The notes beneath the pieces were generated by a model. That model was not told where the DNA came from, did no database searches, and saw only the letters and a program-made list of their open reading frames with translations. The translations under genes were made by a program, and so were the position numbers. Shown here in pieces: positions 1 through 11,300 of a DNA stretch of 49,678 nucleotides; the stretch's first letter is position 1; every line of letters begins with the position of its first letter. Origin of the DNA: Octopus bimaculoides (lineage: Eukaryota); the NCBI RefSeq assembly GCF_001194135.2, contig NC_068993.1:41396477-41446154 (forward strand). Reading direction: 5' to 3'.

Positions 1-38
<38 letters not shown>
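1..38. repeat. (GT)n microsatellite
   Basis: Direct reading. Confidence 0.98.
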
Positions 39-61
39 ATATTTTTTTTTTATTACTTGAT

Positions 62-250
62 TCAGTCTTAATGGAGCACCACCTTAAAGGGTTATTGTGG
101 TTATAAAGGCTGAGCATAGCAATTTAGAAACAGGATTCTTTCAGTTTCCGTCTACCAAATCCACTCACAAAGCTTGGTCGGCCCGAGGTTGCAGCAGAAG
201 TCACTCGCTGTAGGTGCCGCGCAGTGGGACTGAACTCGGAACCATGCATT
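62..250 (-). mobile_element. tRNA-derived SINE family A, head plus shortened tail
   Basis: Reverse complement of the head seen at 3806 and 29156 (ttcagtttccgtctaccaaatccactcacaaagc...cagtgggactgaac); tail remnant ggagcaccacctt. Confidence 0.8.
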
Positions 251-620
251 TTGTTGTTGTTGTCGTCGGCATCATCATCGTCATGTCTGTTGTTGTTTGT
301 TTTTAGTTGTTGTTGTTATTGTTATTGTTGTTGTTGCAACAGCAGTGACATTTTACATGCACGTTGGCTTCCATTTTAAATTACTAATACTTCTATTTCT
401 TTTTATACTTCTATAAAAATGAGTCTTGTATTAATATTTATTAAACCAAGTATTCACTTCGTTTGTCAGTAGTTAGTTAATTAGTAAGTAAGTAAGTTAG
501 TTAGCTAGTTAGTTGTGTCAGTCAGTTAGACAGTCAATGAACTTCCCGTTATTGTAGAATTAAAATGATAGATTATCGCATGGACATAAGTATTTCATGA
601 GCGGACCGTACAATTTCTAG

Positions 621-1680
621 TTAGTCAAACTCCCACATGGTTCCAGCAGACAAAATGGAAAAGACGTTGCCTCGGAGGATGACGAGCCATCTTCGCCATC
701 GCCACCCCGACAACAGTGAGCAAGGGTATGGTCCGGGGGCCGAGAACTCCTGAGGCTCCCTCAGCCACAGGCTTCACCATAAACCTGTCGGAGAGCGACC
801 AATATCAGTTTGCTTTTCTCACCTGACGAGCAGGGAAGCCTGGACTGGTAGTTGACACACCAAGTTGCCACTGGAGAAGTTTTCTTAGCATGTATCATCC
901 TAGATGAGGGGCCTGCCGTCCTGGAACTGGAAAATTATCATACCGTCAAACCTTTTATCGTTCCCTCGGTCTAGCCCCGCTGGCTCGGACAGGGAAGGAA
1001 GCCTACGGCGTCTATGCCATGGGCGACATGGTGTGGGAGGTGCACTATGATGGCATGACAGTGGGTGGAGGCCGAAAGAGTCCACAGTTGATCCACAGCA
1101 GCATCCATGATCTGCAGATCAAGCCTCAGAGAAACGCCGATGCGCAGACAGTCGCTGTCAAGGTGAGCGCCGCATTCATCCTAGTCCCAATGTGATGCTC
1201 GGAGGCTGAGCGGAAACATGCCAGACGGTGAAGGTCAAGTCGGTGCACTAACTGTATCACGCTACACAGGATCATGCTACACAGGATGACGTCCCATTTC
1301 TTTTGAGAGGGCAGGACATCTACAAAGGGGAGACGGGATGGACGTCAGTGGGGCGCAGGCCGAGCTGACTCCATGTCGCGGAGGCCACCTCGTATTTCCC
1401 AATCACTGGCGGTTTAGTTGTGTTGTGAAAAACCCTGTTAACGAGGAGACGGCAAGAGGTCACTGGCGTGAGAAAAGCTCGCAGAGCTAGTGAGATCAAA
1501 GATCGAAGGCCGAGGCCACCGTATTTGATGGGTAAGGTGGCCTGTTGCCATCCAGTGTTGTCGAACCGAACGTTGCATATCTCTTCGGTGGCCTGTTGGA
1601 TACTGGCTTTGAAATCCGTGAGAAGAGATACATGATTGTAACAAGAAGCACCGAGGAGAGTATACAATAGTTTCGGCATG
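621..1680 (-). mobile_element. Degenerate 3' part of a CRE-clade-like non-LTR retrotransposon (end of RT plus restriction-like endonuclease)
   Basis: Translates to PKLLYTL...ICNVRFDNTGWQQATLPIKYGGLGLRS, GLHPLSC, EPAGLDRGNDKRFDG...GRPLI*DDTC, YWSLSDRFMVKPVA..SGVLGP and ILRGNVFSILSAG. These match the remembered CRE-type RT end and RPD/WDxTC endonuclease motifs. Stops and frameshifts are present. Confidence 0.8.
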
Positions 1681-1769
1681 GCGATTAGTTTGCTAGTTAG
1701 GTAATCAGTCAGTCAATTAGTGTGTGTGAGTGACTTAGTTACTTAGTAATTAGATCGAGAATTGTTTGG

Positions 1770-2060
1770 AATTCGTGATTCATGTCTTCCATTCCTCTCT
1801 GTCATCCACGACATCTTAAAGCTCTTGGGTAGTGCATCCAGTGCCTTTCACCAGTTGCTTAATGTAGTCTTTTGGTGGTCTACCACTACCTCATTTACCA
1901 CGAACAGGTTGCAACAGAACATCTTCAGCTACTAACTTCTCCTTGTAACGCCAGCACTGACCTATATATTTCAGCCTGTATTTTTGAATCGTCCCTGTAT
2001 TTACATACTACCTTTAATATCTTCCTATGGCGCTACTTCCAATTATTTTATATTTTCACT
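1770..2060 (-). mobile_element. RTE/RTE-X-like LINE C-terminal fragment
   Basis: GQCWRYKEKLVAEDVLLQPVRGK*GSGRPPKDYIKQLVKGTGCTTQEL*DVVDDREEWK resembles the RTE-X C-terminus (GHCWR..RGRP..TYIDQL..DTG..DR..WR). Confidence 0.65.
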
Positions 2061-2669
2061 ATTTCTAATAACTAATAACGCTGGAACCAACGAGGAAGCC
2101 GCGATATAATTTTTTTAAAATTTATTTTATTTGTAGAGTCTGCGAAAAGAATCATTATTCATGATATTTGCAGAGCCTCAGAGACTAGTGAGCATGACGC
2201 CATTAATGTTCCGTTTAAATTGTTGCATATTATCACTTGCAGAAAAGTTATGAGGGAAAAGATAAAAGCTTCTATAGAGGAAAAGGGACGGGGAAGAAAC
2301 AGGGTTTGTGCAGAGTCGAGGGAAATGAACGCGCTGAGAGAGAGTGAAGTCAAAAGATACGTGGATCGAAAGTAATCGTGTGCTGGAGGTAACAAACCAG
2401 TCAAACCCAAGGAACAGACGCTGTTATTGTAGCAATAAGGCAGGGAGAGGACAGCACGCTTGTTGGCACGCTGGAGAGAGTCCGTTAATTATCGCTTATT
2501 CTGGTAGAAATGGTAGTTAAAATTTACCTCAAATGCTTTCTTTCGACTTAAACAAGATACAAGAAGCACACTGACGATGTAGTCTTTGATATACAGGAAA
2601 GAATATCAGCACAACCACAGTTGGAATGCCCTTGATCAGAGATCTACTCATAATTAATCAAACCGAGAA

Positions 2670-2905
2670 GACTTTATGCTAGAAATAGCAACCAAGTATC
2701 TATCAAATCACACCTATTGTTCGAAAAACAGACACAGTACGCAATGTGTTCTTGGAAAAATAGGGTATCTGAAAAACAAAATGTGGAGATGGTTAAAATT
2801 GAAATATCTGATTGATCAGAGATTAGTTAGGGGACAAACGACAATGGTTCGTAGTAAAAAGTGTATGATGTTCTATCAATTGGGCTATGATTTTGTCTTT
2901 GCACA

Positions 2906-2936
<31 letters not shown>

Positions 2937-3085
2937 CCTTTGCTAGAAATAACAGCTATATCTCCTTGAAATCACACCTTAACATCTTAAAACAAGAAGT
3001 GAACACTGATAATACAATCCTAAATATGTTCTTGATCATAGATATGCCGGTGAAGACTGTCATGGGCTTAACAACAACACTCTTG
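2670..3085 (+). mobile_element. Two degenerate copies of a dispersed repeat (tgctagaaatagcaacc...aaatcacacc), separated by (CT)n at about 2909-2935
   Basis: The motif occurs at about 2676 and 2940. Related segments lie at about 9590-9650, 29515-29545 and 41205-41296. Confidence 0.5.
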
Positions 3086-3124
3086 CAGTGACAAATATAA
3101 TGGTTTCTCATTCGGACATACGGT

Positions 3125-3295
3125 TAAGGTGATGGGCTTGCAGACTCGTTGACGCATCTGTCAATATTTCGTGCTCCTGCCTCTGCTCACTACGTTCTGA
3201 GTTCAAATCTCGCTGAGATTAATTTTGCCTTTCATCCTTTCGTGGTCGATAAAATAAAGTATTTGTAAAGTACTGGGATATAGTTATATTGACGA
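3125..3295 (+). mobile_element. SINE family B, degenerate
   Basis: acgttctgagttcaaatctcgctgag...ttttgcctttcatcctttcgtggtcgataaaata (B-box-like gagttcaaat). Confidence 0.75.
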
Positions 3296-3805
3296 TTGTT
3301 TGTACATGAGGTGGTTTATTATACCAGTTATTTGTGTGGGGCAGGTTGATATAAAAAGATTGATTACACTGTGTAACGTAATTTTTGTCCTTGGGCAGCA
3401 ACTGTTATTTCCTATTTACTTCACCCTAGAAAATATGATAAATGGTTAATATTTCCTTCAAATCTTGATTTGATACATTTATTCAAACCCCAAAGAATAC
3501 TTCTCAACACATGGCTATGATGCTACCCCACTATTCCTGCTCATCATCAGAGATACACATATTACCAACCACTAAGATACATGCTCAAGTGGTTATGGTC
3601 AATTGACAAGCAAAGCTGTGGTATTGAGCAAATATTATGCCCAATACCACAACTTTCTGCTTCAGCAGCAACTCAGCGCCGAAACTGTCTGAAACGTAAT
3701 GGAAAAAAGATCAGTTTCAAGACATTGATATCCAAGTCAAAAAAGAAACAAATAGGAAATAACACTTACAGACCAAAAACAAAAAAAAAATTAAAATGTT
3801 GTTAC

Positions 3806-3963
3806 GAGTGGCTGTGTGGTAAGTAGCTTACTTACCAACCACATGATTCTGTGTTCAGTCCCACTGCGTGGCACCTTGAGTTAGTGTCTTCTACTATAGC
3901 CTTGGCCCGACCAAAGCCTTGTGAGTGGATTTGGTAGACGGAAACTGAAAGAAGCCCGTCGTA

Positions 3964-3996
<33 letters not shown>

Positions 3997-4212
3997 NNNN
4001 NNNNNNNNNNNNNNNNNNNNNNNNNNNNNNNCCCCCCACCACCGCTTGACAACCGATGCTGGTATGTTTACATCCCTGTAACTTAGCAGTTCGGCAAAAA
4101 GAGACCGATAGAATAAGTACTAGGCTTACAAAGAATAAGTCCTGGGGTCGATTTGCTCGACTAAAGGCGGTGCTCTAGCATGGCCACAGTCAAATGACTG
4201 AAACAAGTAAAA
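3806..4212 (+). mobile_element. SINE family A, full structure: tRNA-like head, internal (TA)n (gap 3997-4031), 3' tail
   Basis: A-box-like tggctgtgtggtaag and B-box-like gttcagtccc; gaagcccgtc-(TA)n junction; tail nearly identical to 29345-29502. Confidence 0.9.
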
Positions 4213-4269
4213 ATGAGAGTAAAAGAGAAAGAGAGAGTGTTATTCACTTATTGCTTATTCTTCTACTTA

Positions 4270-4460
4270 GTAAAGTACTGAGTTCAAATCACCGAGATTA
4301 CCTTTCCTTTTCATCCTGTTGGGGGGGGGCAATTAATTAAAGTACGATTAAAGAAGCAGTAAATTATTACGATGCTGCTGTAAAGTACCAGTAAAGATGG
4401 TATCGACTGAGACTCTTCTCTGAAAATCGTTGGCCTTCTACCAAAACTTGAAGCAATTTA
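4270..4460 (+). mobile_element. SINE family B, degenerate
   Basis: ctgagttcaaatcaccgagattacctttccttttcatcc...aagtaccag...ggccttctaccaaaacttgaa. Confidence 0.6.
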
Positions 4461-4679
4461 GATACAAGGTTGTTGTTCAGAGATAAATCAATTCTGAGTG
4501 AGTAGTTCTGTGATGGGTTTTAAACCAAAGGGTATGTAATTTTGAAATTCTTTGTTCAATATTAAAGCAGCTTAAGAAACAATTCGATTTCTACAAACCC
4601 AAAACGCAATTTTGGAGAAACACTTTGGAACACGTTTTATAGTTTTGTTTCTTTCATAGAAAGAGGGTCTAACAAACAC

Positions 4680-5200
4680 TGGCCTAATGCTTTGGAATTG
4701 GTAACTCAGGGTTAATTATCTAAGGGTAAAAATCTGATTGAAGCATGAAATGGAAACAGAGCACAAATAAGATTTTATTTGTATAACACTGCTCCGTATT
4801 AACACGAAATAAAGCTGCTGTGTGGAAATGGCTAAGATATATAAACGACTTAACTTTGACGAGTAATACTAAACTATATGAAAAATTGAATGACAGAAAC
4901 GTGATCGCTTTAAGAACAAAGTAAACTTTGTGGAATTCCGACTGTTTGTGTCCTGTTGAGATCGCCACAGTTACTGATTTAATTCATACATCACACAGTT
5001 TTACTCAGATCTATAATTGCAGCTATATAATCGACTTTCTTTCAAGTATGGGAGAATTCTCAGTGAGTGTACCTCAAGGGGTTCTATGTTCTTTCATGAA
5101 CATAAGAGAGATTATGAAGTCGATCGGCACCATCAAAATAACATTGATGTTTCAGACAGCAAAATCAATGTTGCGGATTTTACTTGGCAAATATATGCTA
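4680..5200 (+). mobile_element. Possible very degenerate DNA transposase remnant (Chapaev3/CMC-like C-terminus)
   Basis: Scattered peptides GKNLIE, RFKNKVNFV and DRHHQNNI...VADFTWQI weakly resemble GEKNV, SFKNVVENF and ERFHQDI...MADYCW. Confidence 0.3.
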
Positions 5201-5924
5201 CTGTTTTCCACAAAATCTCCAGTTCAGTTATTTCTTCAAATATTAGGTATTTCAAATTAGTTAACACTAACTTGATATGTTATAACACAACAAATGCTTC
5301 AGCCTATAGCCTTTAATGTACGCATTAGTTAATCAAATATTTCTTAATTAGATGCTTAATTACTAACATCTATATTGAATACGTTAAGGGTTTGAATCCT
5401 GATGTTTTTCCCCCATTTTGCTTTTAAGCATTTTCGCCTGGATGATCAAATGCAAATATCTACAAGGTCTACTTTGTGTGATCGAAGAACCGAATTAAAA
5501 CAGAGAGAAATGGAATGAACAAAAAAAAGAAGGAAAGTAAAGAAAAAAAGTAAAGAAAAATTAAAATGCAACATTAATACTATACAGATCAATTCAAGCT
5601 GCTCTGTTGAAATCTCTGCTCAATCTCTTCTTTAAACATCTCTATTTAGTTCCCAGCATGCGGCTGAAATAAATATTGACTCCATCATATTAATGGCAAA
5701 AATGTAAATGTAACCCTCAGAACAAAAGCAAAAAAAAAATCTTCCTAGTTATAAATCTAAATCAGTTATTCTAATCCTGGGGATTATTTTGAGAAAACTA
5801 TAATTGGAAACTAAGAAAATTCTATTGACAATCTCTTAAATGACATCGTTAACACGGATATTGTTTCAGTTTTCAGTTTACAAGTGACCTGATCAACATA
5901 AAGAAATAGAGTAATCTATTGTCA

Positions 5925-6125
5925 GAGTAATCAGAGCATTGGATAGAATGCCTCTCGGTACTTGTTACAAACCTCTCCGCTCCGAGTTCAAACCCTGCCG
6001 AAGACAATTACCTTTAGCAATTCAGGGCGTTGAATTGACAAATATTTAAGAACGTCGGATCGGATGCCTTGCGGTACTTATTTCTACTATTTGCGACCTC
6101 AGTTCAAGTTTCTACCATGGTATGT
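5925..6125 (+). mobile_element. Two degenerate SINE-B-like heads
   Basis: ccgagttcaaaccctgccgaag and ctcagttcaagtt B-box-like segments with a SINE-B-like upstream spacer. Confidence 0.45.
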
Positions 6126-6539
6126 TTGAGTAGTAGATTGAAGTTATCGCCAGGTTTAACGCTATCACCTGCTCTCTGTTGCAAACATTGGGCCAGATCT
6201 TCGGTTTGAGGATACCTTCTTTACTCATATCCACTAGTCTCTAAAGCCCATTAAATACTGAGAGCTATTATCTTCTCTCTTGAATAAAAAGATTCGAAAT
6301 GTGCGATATGTTTAAAAATGTTTATGATCATCGGAATCCCTTAAATTAGGTAAAGTGAACCTTTTCCGAAAAGTGGACGGCATAAGACATGTAGTATCAT
6401 CAGTCAGGTCCCACTGTTTAAGAAAAGTTCATGGTAATTTTTCGTTTGGCGTGTCATTTAAAAAGTACCGCTGGCCCTAGTTTGCCCATGGCTGTAAAAA
6501 AAAAATAAATAAATAAAATATAAAAATTCACAACCTTAT

Positions 6540-7190
6540 ATGGCTTCATATTTTGGTACATGGCCATCAATTTCATGGAACGGGGTAAGATGACTTCATC
6601 GCACCCAGTGATAAACTGCTGCTTATTTCATCGATCCTGAGAGGATGAAAGGCAAAGTCGATACCGGCAGAATTTGAACTCAGAGCATAAAGACGGACGA
6701 AATGCCACCAACTATTTTACTCGGCGTGCTAACGATTGCTAAGTAATTTGCCCGGCGTGCTACCGATTGCTAAGTATTTTGCCCGGCGTGCTAACGATTG
6801 CTGAGTATTTTTCTCGGCGTGCTAACGATTGCTGAGTATTTTACTCGGCGTGCTAATGGTTGCTAAGTATTTTGCCCGGCGTGCTAACGATTGCTAAGTA
6901 TTTTGCCCGGCGTGCTAACGATTGCTGAGTATTTTACTCGGCGTGTTAATGGTTGCTAAGTATTTTTCCCGGCGTGCTAACGATTGCTAAATATTTTGCC
7001 CGGCGTGCTAACGATTGATGAGTATTTTACTCGGCGTGCTAATGGTTGCTGAGTATTTTACTCGGTGTGCTAATGATTGCAAGGTATTTTGCTCGGCGTG
7101 CTAACGATTGCTAACTATTTTACTCGGCGTGCTAACGATTGCTGAGTATTTTACTCGGCGTGCTAACGATTGTGCAAGCTCGCTGTTTTA
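6540..7190 (-). mobile_element. SINE family B copy whose 5' head has expanded into a tandem array
   Basis: aggatgaaaggcaaagtcgataccggcagaatttgaactcagag is the reverse complement of the SINE-B body. It runs into the array, which ends at gcaagctcgc (reverse complement of the SINE 5' end). Confidence 0.85.
6710..7173. repeat. 31-bp minisatellite, 15 copies (consensus (a/g)agtatttt(g/a)c(c/t)cggcgtgctaacgattgct)
   Basis: Counted units start at 6710 and recur every 31 nt to 7144; there are no spacers. Confidence 0.97.
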
Positions 7191-8649
7191 TTTGCAGCCT
7201 TATATTAATAAGACTTATCTCTGCAAAGAACCTTCTGTTACAACTACTTTCTTAGTACAGAATATTAAAACTGTTGTGTTATAAATTCAGATATTTCGGT
7301 GTTCATATTAAAAATAGAGTTTTATCTTAGCTTCTAGGAAATACAAATATAGAAAGGTTTTTTTACTCTTGCCTTAACTTACAAACTTTAAATTAAATTT
7401 AAATGTATTTATTTATTATTAACAAAAAATTGCTTAAAAGATAAAATGTTTTGGTTTGTTGTCATTTATTGGTTTGTTCTTACTGCATTGGTACTGTTGC
7501 TTTTGTTATTGCCTTTGTCAAGATTTTTTTAATACTCAGCGAGGTATATTGATAAACAAGTAGCTTATCGTTTTATGTTTCTATGTTCTGTAATGTGTTT
7601 CAATGTTGAACGAGAGAAACAACTAGTATCTACTATGATCTATTTATTTATTTTACTTATTTATTTATGATTTTTTTTTTGTATTTAATGTTTCATTAAT
7701 TTGGCATTTCATCAAGCTAAATATGAAGACAGAGGGCTTTGAAGACGATTAATTCTAAACTTTGGAGATTCTATCACGGTTCCCACATTATAAAGCACCT
7801 CTGTTTTATTATGAGTTTGTTTTCACTGTTACAGAAACAATGCTGTAATCGTTTCACCGAATCCAGATACCTGCGTAGCAGTTATACGGCAATAGTCATT
7901 TGATATCGAGGTTGTTATGGAAGCTTGATAACTGCTATAGAAACAAATATCAGTTATTTCCGTTTCATAATTAACCCATGAATTTGTAATTGCTCTTAAA
8001 TGAATTCCTTTACAATCATTATTTTACTATTTTACTGCAGTTGGCATATCTGCTTCAGAGTAGTCTCTCAGTAGGTCAGTGTTCCATATAGTTGTCATAA
8101 CTGCGTTAGAGAACCTTACTAGTTTTGTCTTAGTAGATTAAAGATAGGTAAGCTCATGGTATCAGTTAACATAATATTCTACAATATCGTAGACTTCACT
8201 TGATGTCTTGGTATTATAGTACTTCAGTAAGTAACTTCACGTGCTACTTGACGGACATCTTATATTCTATATTCAGAATATTATATCGGTCATGCACAAC
8301 CATATTCCAATCAGCTATTAGTACTCTAATGCCTTTGTTATAAGACCATACTTGACGTTTGCTTGGAGTGAAATTGTCTTCTTATAGATAATATGTTGGC
8401 TAATTTCAGTTCCCCATTGACAGTCTGTAGCAACGTGTTTCTTTTCACAGGACCACTTAAAATGTCTATATTGATTGTACATCAGAGCTTCTTTTATCGA
8501 AATCTTCGTTCTGGGGCGATTTTGATGGATATGTCAGCTCAGATTAACCGGAGGTCAATCCAGCAACTGTCTGCTTCTTTCACAATGAGAGTTATTTTGG
8601 CATCTCTGCGATTGAACGAACGAACGAACATCATCGATCAAGTGCCAGC

Positions 8650-9400
8650 CATCTGATAGCAGATGTTGACAGGCAACTCACACCCATTCTTTGACGATAA
8701 CACTGTATCAGATCACACTATAAGTAATGTTTTTACATCAAGATTTAAAACGATAAAAAGTAAAGAAATCACATTTTTTCTTGTAGATATTTCGCTTTCT
8801 GTTAATGACAGGCTGCCAACCACTCAAAACTTTTCACCATATTTATAAAATAAGGGGTTTTAGTAAAAAAAATTGTTGCAAAGACTAAATTTGATTGGAC
8901 CTAAATATGTATTTGGTTCTACATTAAGATAATTTCTAGGCTTCTGAATAAATGATAAACTTAAGGAAGAAGCTTTCAAGAAGTATAATGTTTACACCTT
9001 AACTTTTACCGAAGTTGATCTGCTTGGTTAGTAATTAATAATTCAAGTTGAATAAATGTATTTCCTCCTTCAGTATGGCGTTTAGACACGATTTGGTAGA
9101 GATATAGTCAATAGTAGTTATATGGTTCAGAATATGTGATATAGAATAGAAGAAAGAAATCATGGGCAGGATCTACTCATTCCTCAAACCCCCAAACGAG
9201 AGACAAAAAATTGTGTAAAATGGACAAATACCAGGCCACTGAACAATAGAGGGGTTAGTTCCAAGATATACCGCGAGTGCTCTAGGATACATCATGAAAG
9301 TCTGTGGGGCCTTATGGGGCTTCAGCTTTTTCAGCATCAGATCCCTTCGTCCATTTGACCCAAACGAGGTTGATAAAATCTCTGTGTGCATTCTAGGAGA
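8650..9400 (+). mobile_element. Highly degenerate CR1-like LINE 3' region
   Basis: RFKTIKSKEI...QNFSPYL, FRHDLVEI*SIV, NRGVSSKIYRECSR and SFFSIR occur in the order expected for WSPYL, RGDLIETYKI, TRGHSLK and FFSNRV. Confidence 0.4.
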
Positions 9401-10246
9401 AATAAACCACTGGTCTTCTCTGTTTATCCGAAGCCATCAAATGACTTTGGACAAACAAAAATGTACATTGATATACTGATGTAATATTATTTAACAATAT
9501 CACGTTCCTAATAACATTCGTTTCCAGAAAAAAACATATTACGCTTGGTGTCTATCCATTACATAAATATATCATTTGAAATGTCTCCTTACTACAGTTC
9601 TTGAACATGCTAGATGTAGAAGTCGGATATCCTTGAAATCTAAAATAATAAGAATAAATGACAATTCAATTACCGATGTACAGAGACATGAATCCCTAAG
9701 TTAGAATGTCTTGTGTCATATGCTTGTCTCATCAGAGTGATGTAGAATTAAACAATAGAATCAATTCTTTAGCATTTCTCATTCTTAGAATAAAAGTACT
9801 ATTCTTTTTTACCGAATGGGATGAAACCTTACTTTAAACGATTTTTATCCTCCAAAACCATTGAAAACCAGTTCCACGTATAAAATTGAATACACGCTCT
9901 GAATATAAAATATCGTTTTTCACGAAAACAAGCACTGCAGTCGTTGCTTGTTTTATGAAAACACGCACTAAGCACTCCTTTCTTTGTTTTACTACATCTT
10001 TCATAGTCCCCAACTTCTTAACTGTATAATATTCTAATTTGTTTTTGGAAATATTTTCTGCACAAAGCATGCATTCTCCTTTCTCGGCCATTCTGCTTAC
10101 ATATCTATTAATGAACAGCTCCCAGTTCATAGGGTTGATAGCTTACATGTCATCGTGAACGAAAGCAGTGGCATGTTTTTTCAGAACTAGCAACTAACAA
10201 ACAAATAAAGGAATTGTACAAATACTTAGTCTCAGAGACATAGCAA

Positions 10247-10254
10247 CACACACA

Positions 10255-10326
<72 letters not shown>

Positions 10327-10328
10327 CA
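10247..10328. repeat. (CA)n microsatellite
   Basis: Direct reading. Confidence 0.97.
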
Positions 10329-10528
10329 AAGCTAAATACATATTTAGGATAAATATGTTTTCTCTGGGTGACAACCATTATCAGATAATGATATCACGTT
10401 CGTGTTTATTTTTCAATTTCAGTTTAATAGTTAACAGTTTCCTACGTCGTCGAAGCAGCGGCCATTTTCTGAGAAACACATATAACCAACCCTAGCATAT
10501 ATCTGTTATTTATCTTTTCCAGATATCA

Positions 10529-10560
<32 letters not shown>
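10529..10560. repeat. (TAG)n microsatellite
   Basis: Direct reading. Confidence 0.97.
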
Positions 10561-10880
10561 TACAACTCTCTTAAGTACGAAATGGCCCGGTTATGGAAAA
10601 TTAAAAAAAAGGGAACACAGTGCCAATTATTGTTGGAATCTTGGGAACAGTATCAGAAGGTATCAAGAGGAATATAAAGGAAATTGGAATAGAGTGCCCA
10701 GCAGAACTGTTACAAATGGTTTGCCTCCTTGGCACGGCCAGAATAACCAGGAAAATGTTAGATAGTTATAAAGAACAAATACCATGGTAGCGTAGGATGC
10801 AGGGAGCAAGCCAGCTACATACGCAAGACTTCAGAAGTCACAGCGTGGGACCTTGAAGACTGCTAAAATGTATGAAAGTA
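10561..10880 (+). mobile_element. 5'-truncated R4/Dong-clade non-LTR retrotransposon (ORF C-terminus plus 3' UTR)
   Basis: YNSLKYEMARLWKIKK, one frameshift in an A-run, then TVPIIVGILGTVSEGIKRNIKEIGIECPAELLQMVCLLGTARITRKMLD. This matches the R4-type end (L..EI.RLW...VP.V.GALG...LQK..LLGTARI.RKVL). Confidence 0.85.
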
Positions 10881-11090
10881 TACTAGTCCCTTAATATTTA
10901 ATACTTAATATTTAATATTCAATATTCAATATTTCATCTAGTCAATAAGACAATCAATGCTTCATTTCATTTTACTGAATATATTTTATATCCTACATTA
11001 ATATTATAAGAGTATAAATAAAACATAAAAAACAGACAGATTTGGAATTCATTTGAATAATATATTCCTTTATACACTATCATACAAACT

Positions 11091-11091
<1 letters not shown>

Positions 11092-11139
<48 letters not shown>

Positions 11140-11300
11140 CATATACGACGGGCTTCTTTCAGTTACTTTCTTCGAAAACCACTCAGACGGATTCGGTCGG
11201 CCCGACGCTATAGCAGAAGACACTTACCTAAGGGAACACACAGGAGGACTGAAGCCGAAGCCGTGTGATTGGGAAGCAAATTTCTTAACTCACACCCACG
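11092..11300 (-). mobile_element. SINE family A head with adjoining (TA)n
   Basis: (TA)n at about 11092-11135, then gacgggcttctttcagtt...ggtcggcccgacgctatagcagaagacacttacc. Confidence 0.85.

Noticed and set aside
6440-6495. hAT-like right end (ggccctagtttgcccatggctg)
   Set aside because: No matching left TIR could be found.
6710-7173. CRISPR-like array of about 30-bp repeats
   Set aside because: Units are contiguous with no unique spacers, there are no cas genes, the context is eukaryotic and the unit derives from a SINE.
8041-8147. Plus-strand exon candidate (ttactgcAG ... GTAAGC)
   Set aside because: Stops occur in all three frames; at best it is a non-coding exon, with no other support.
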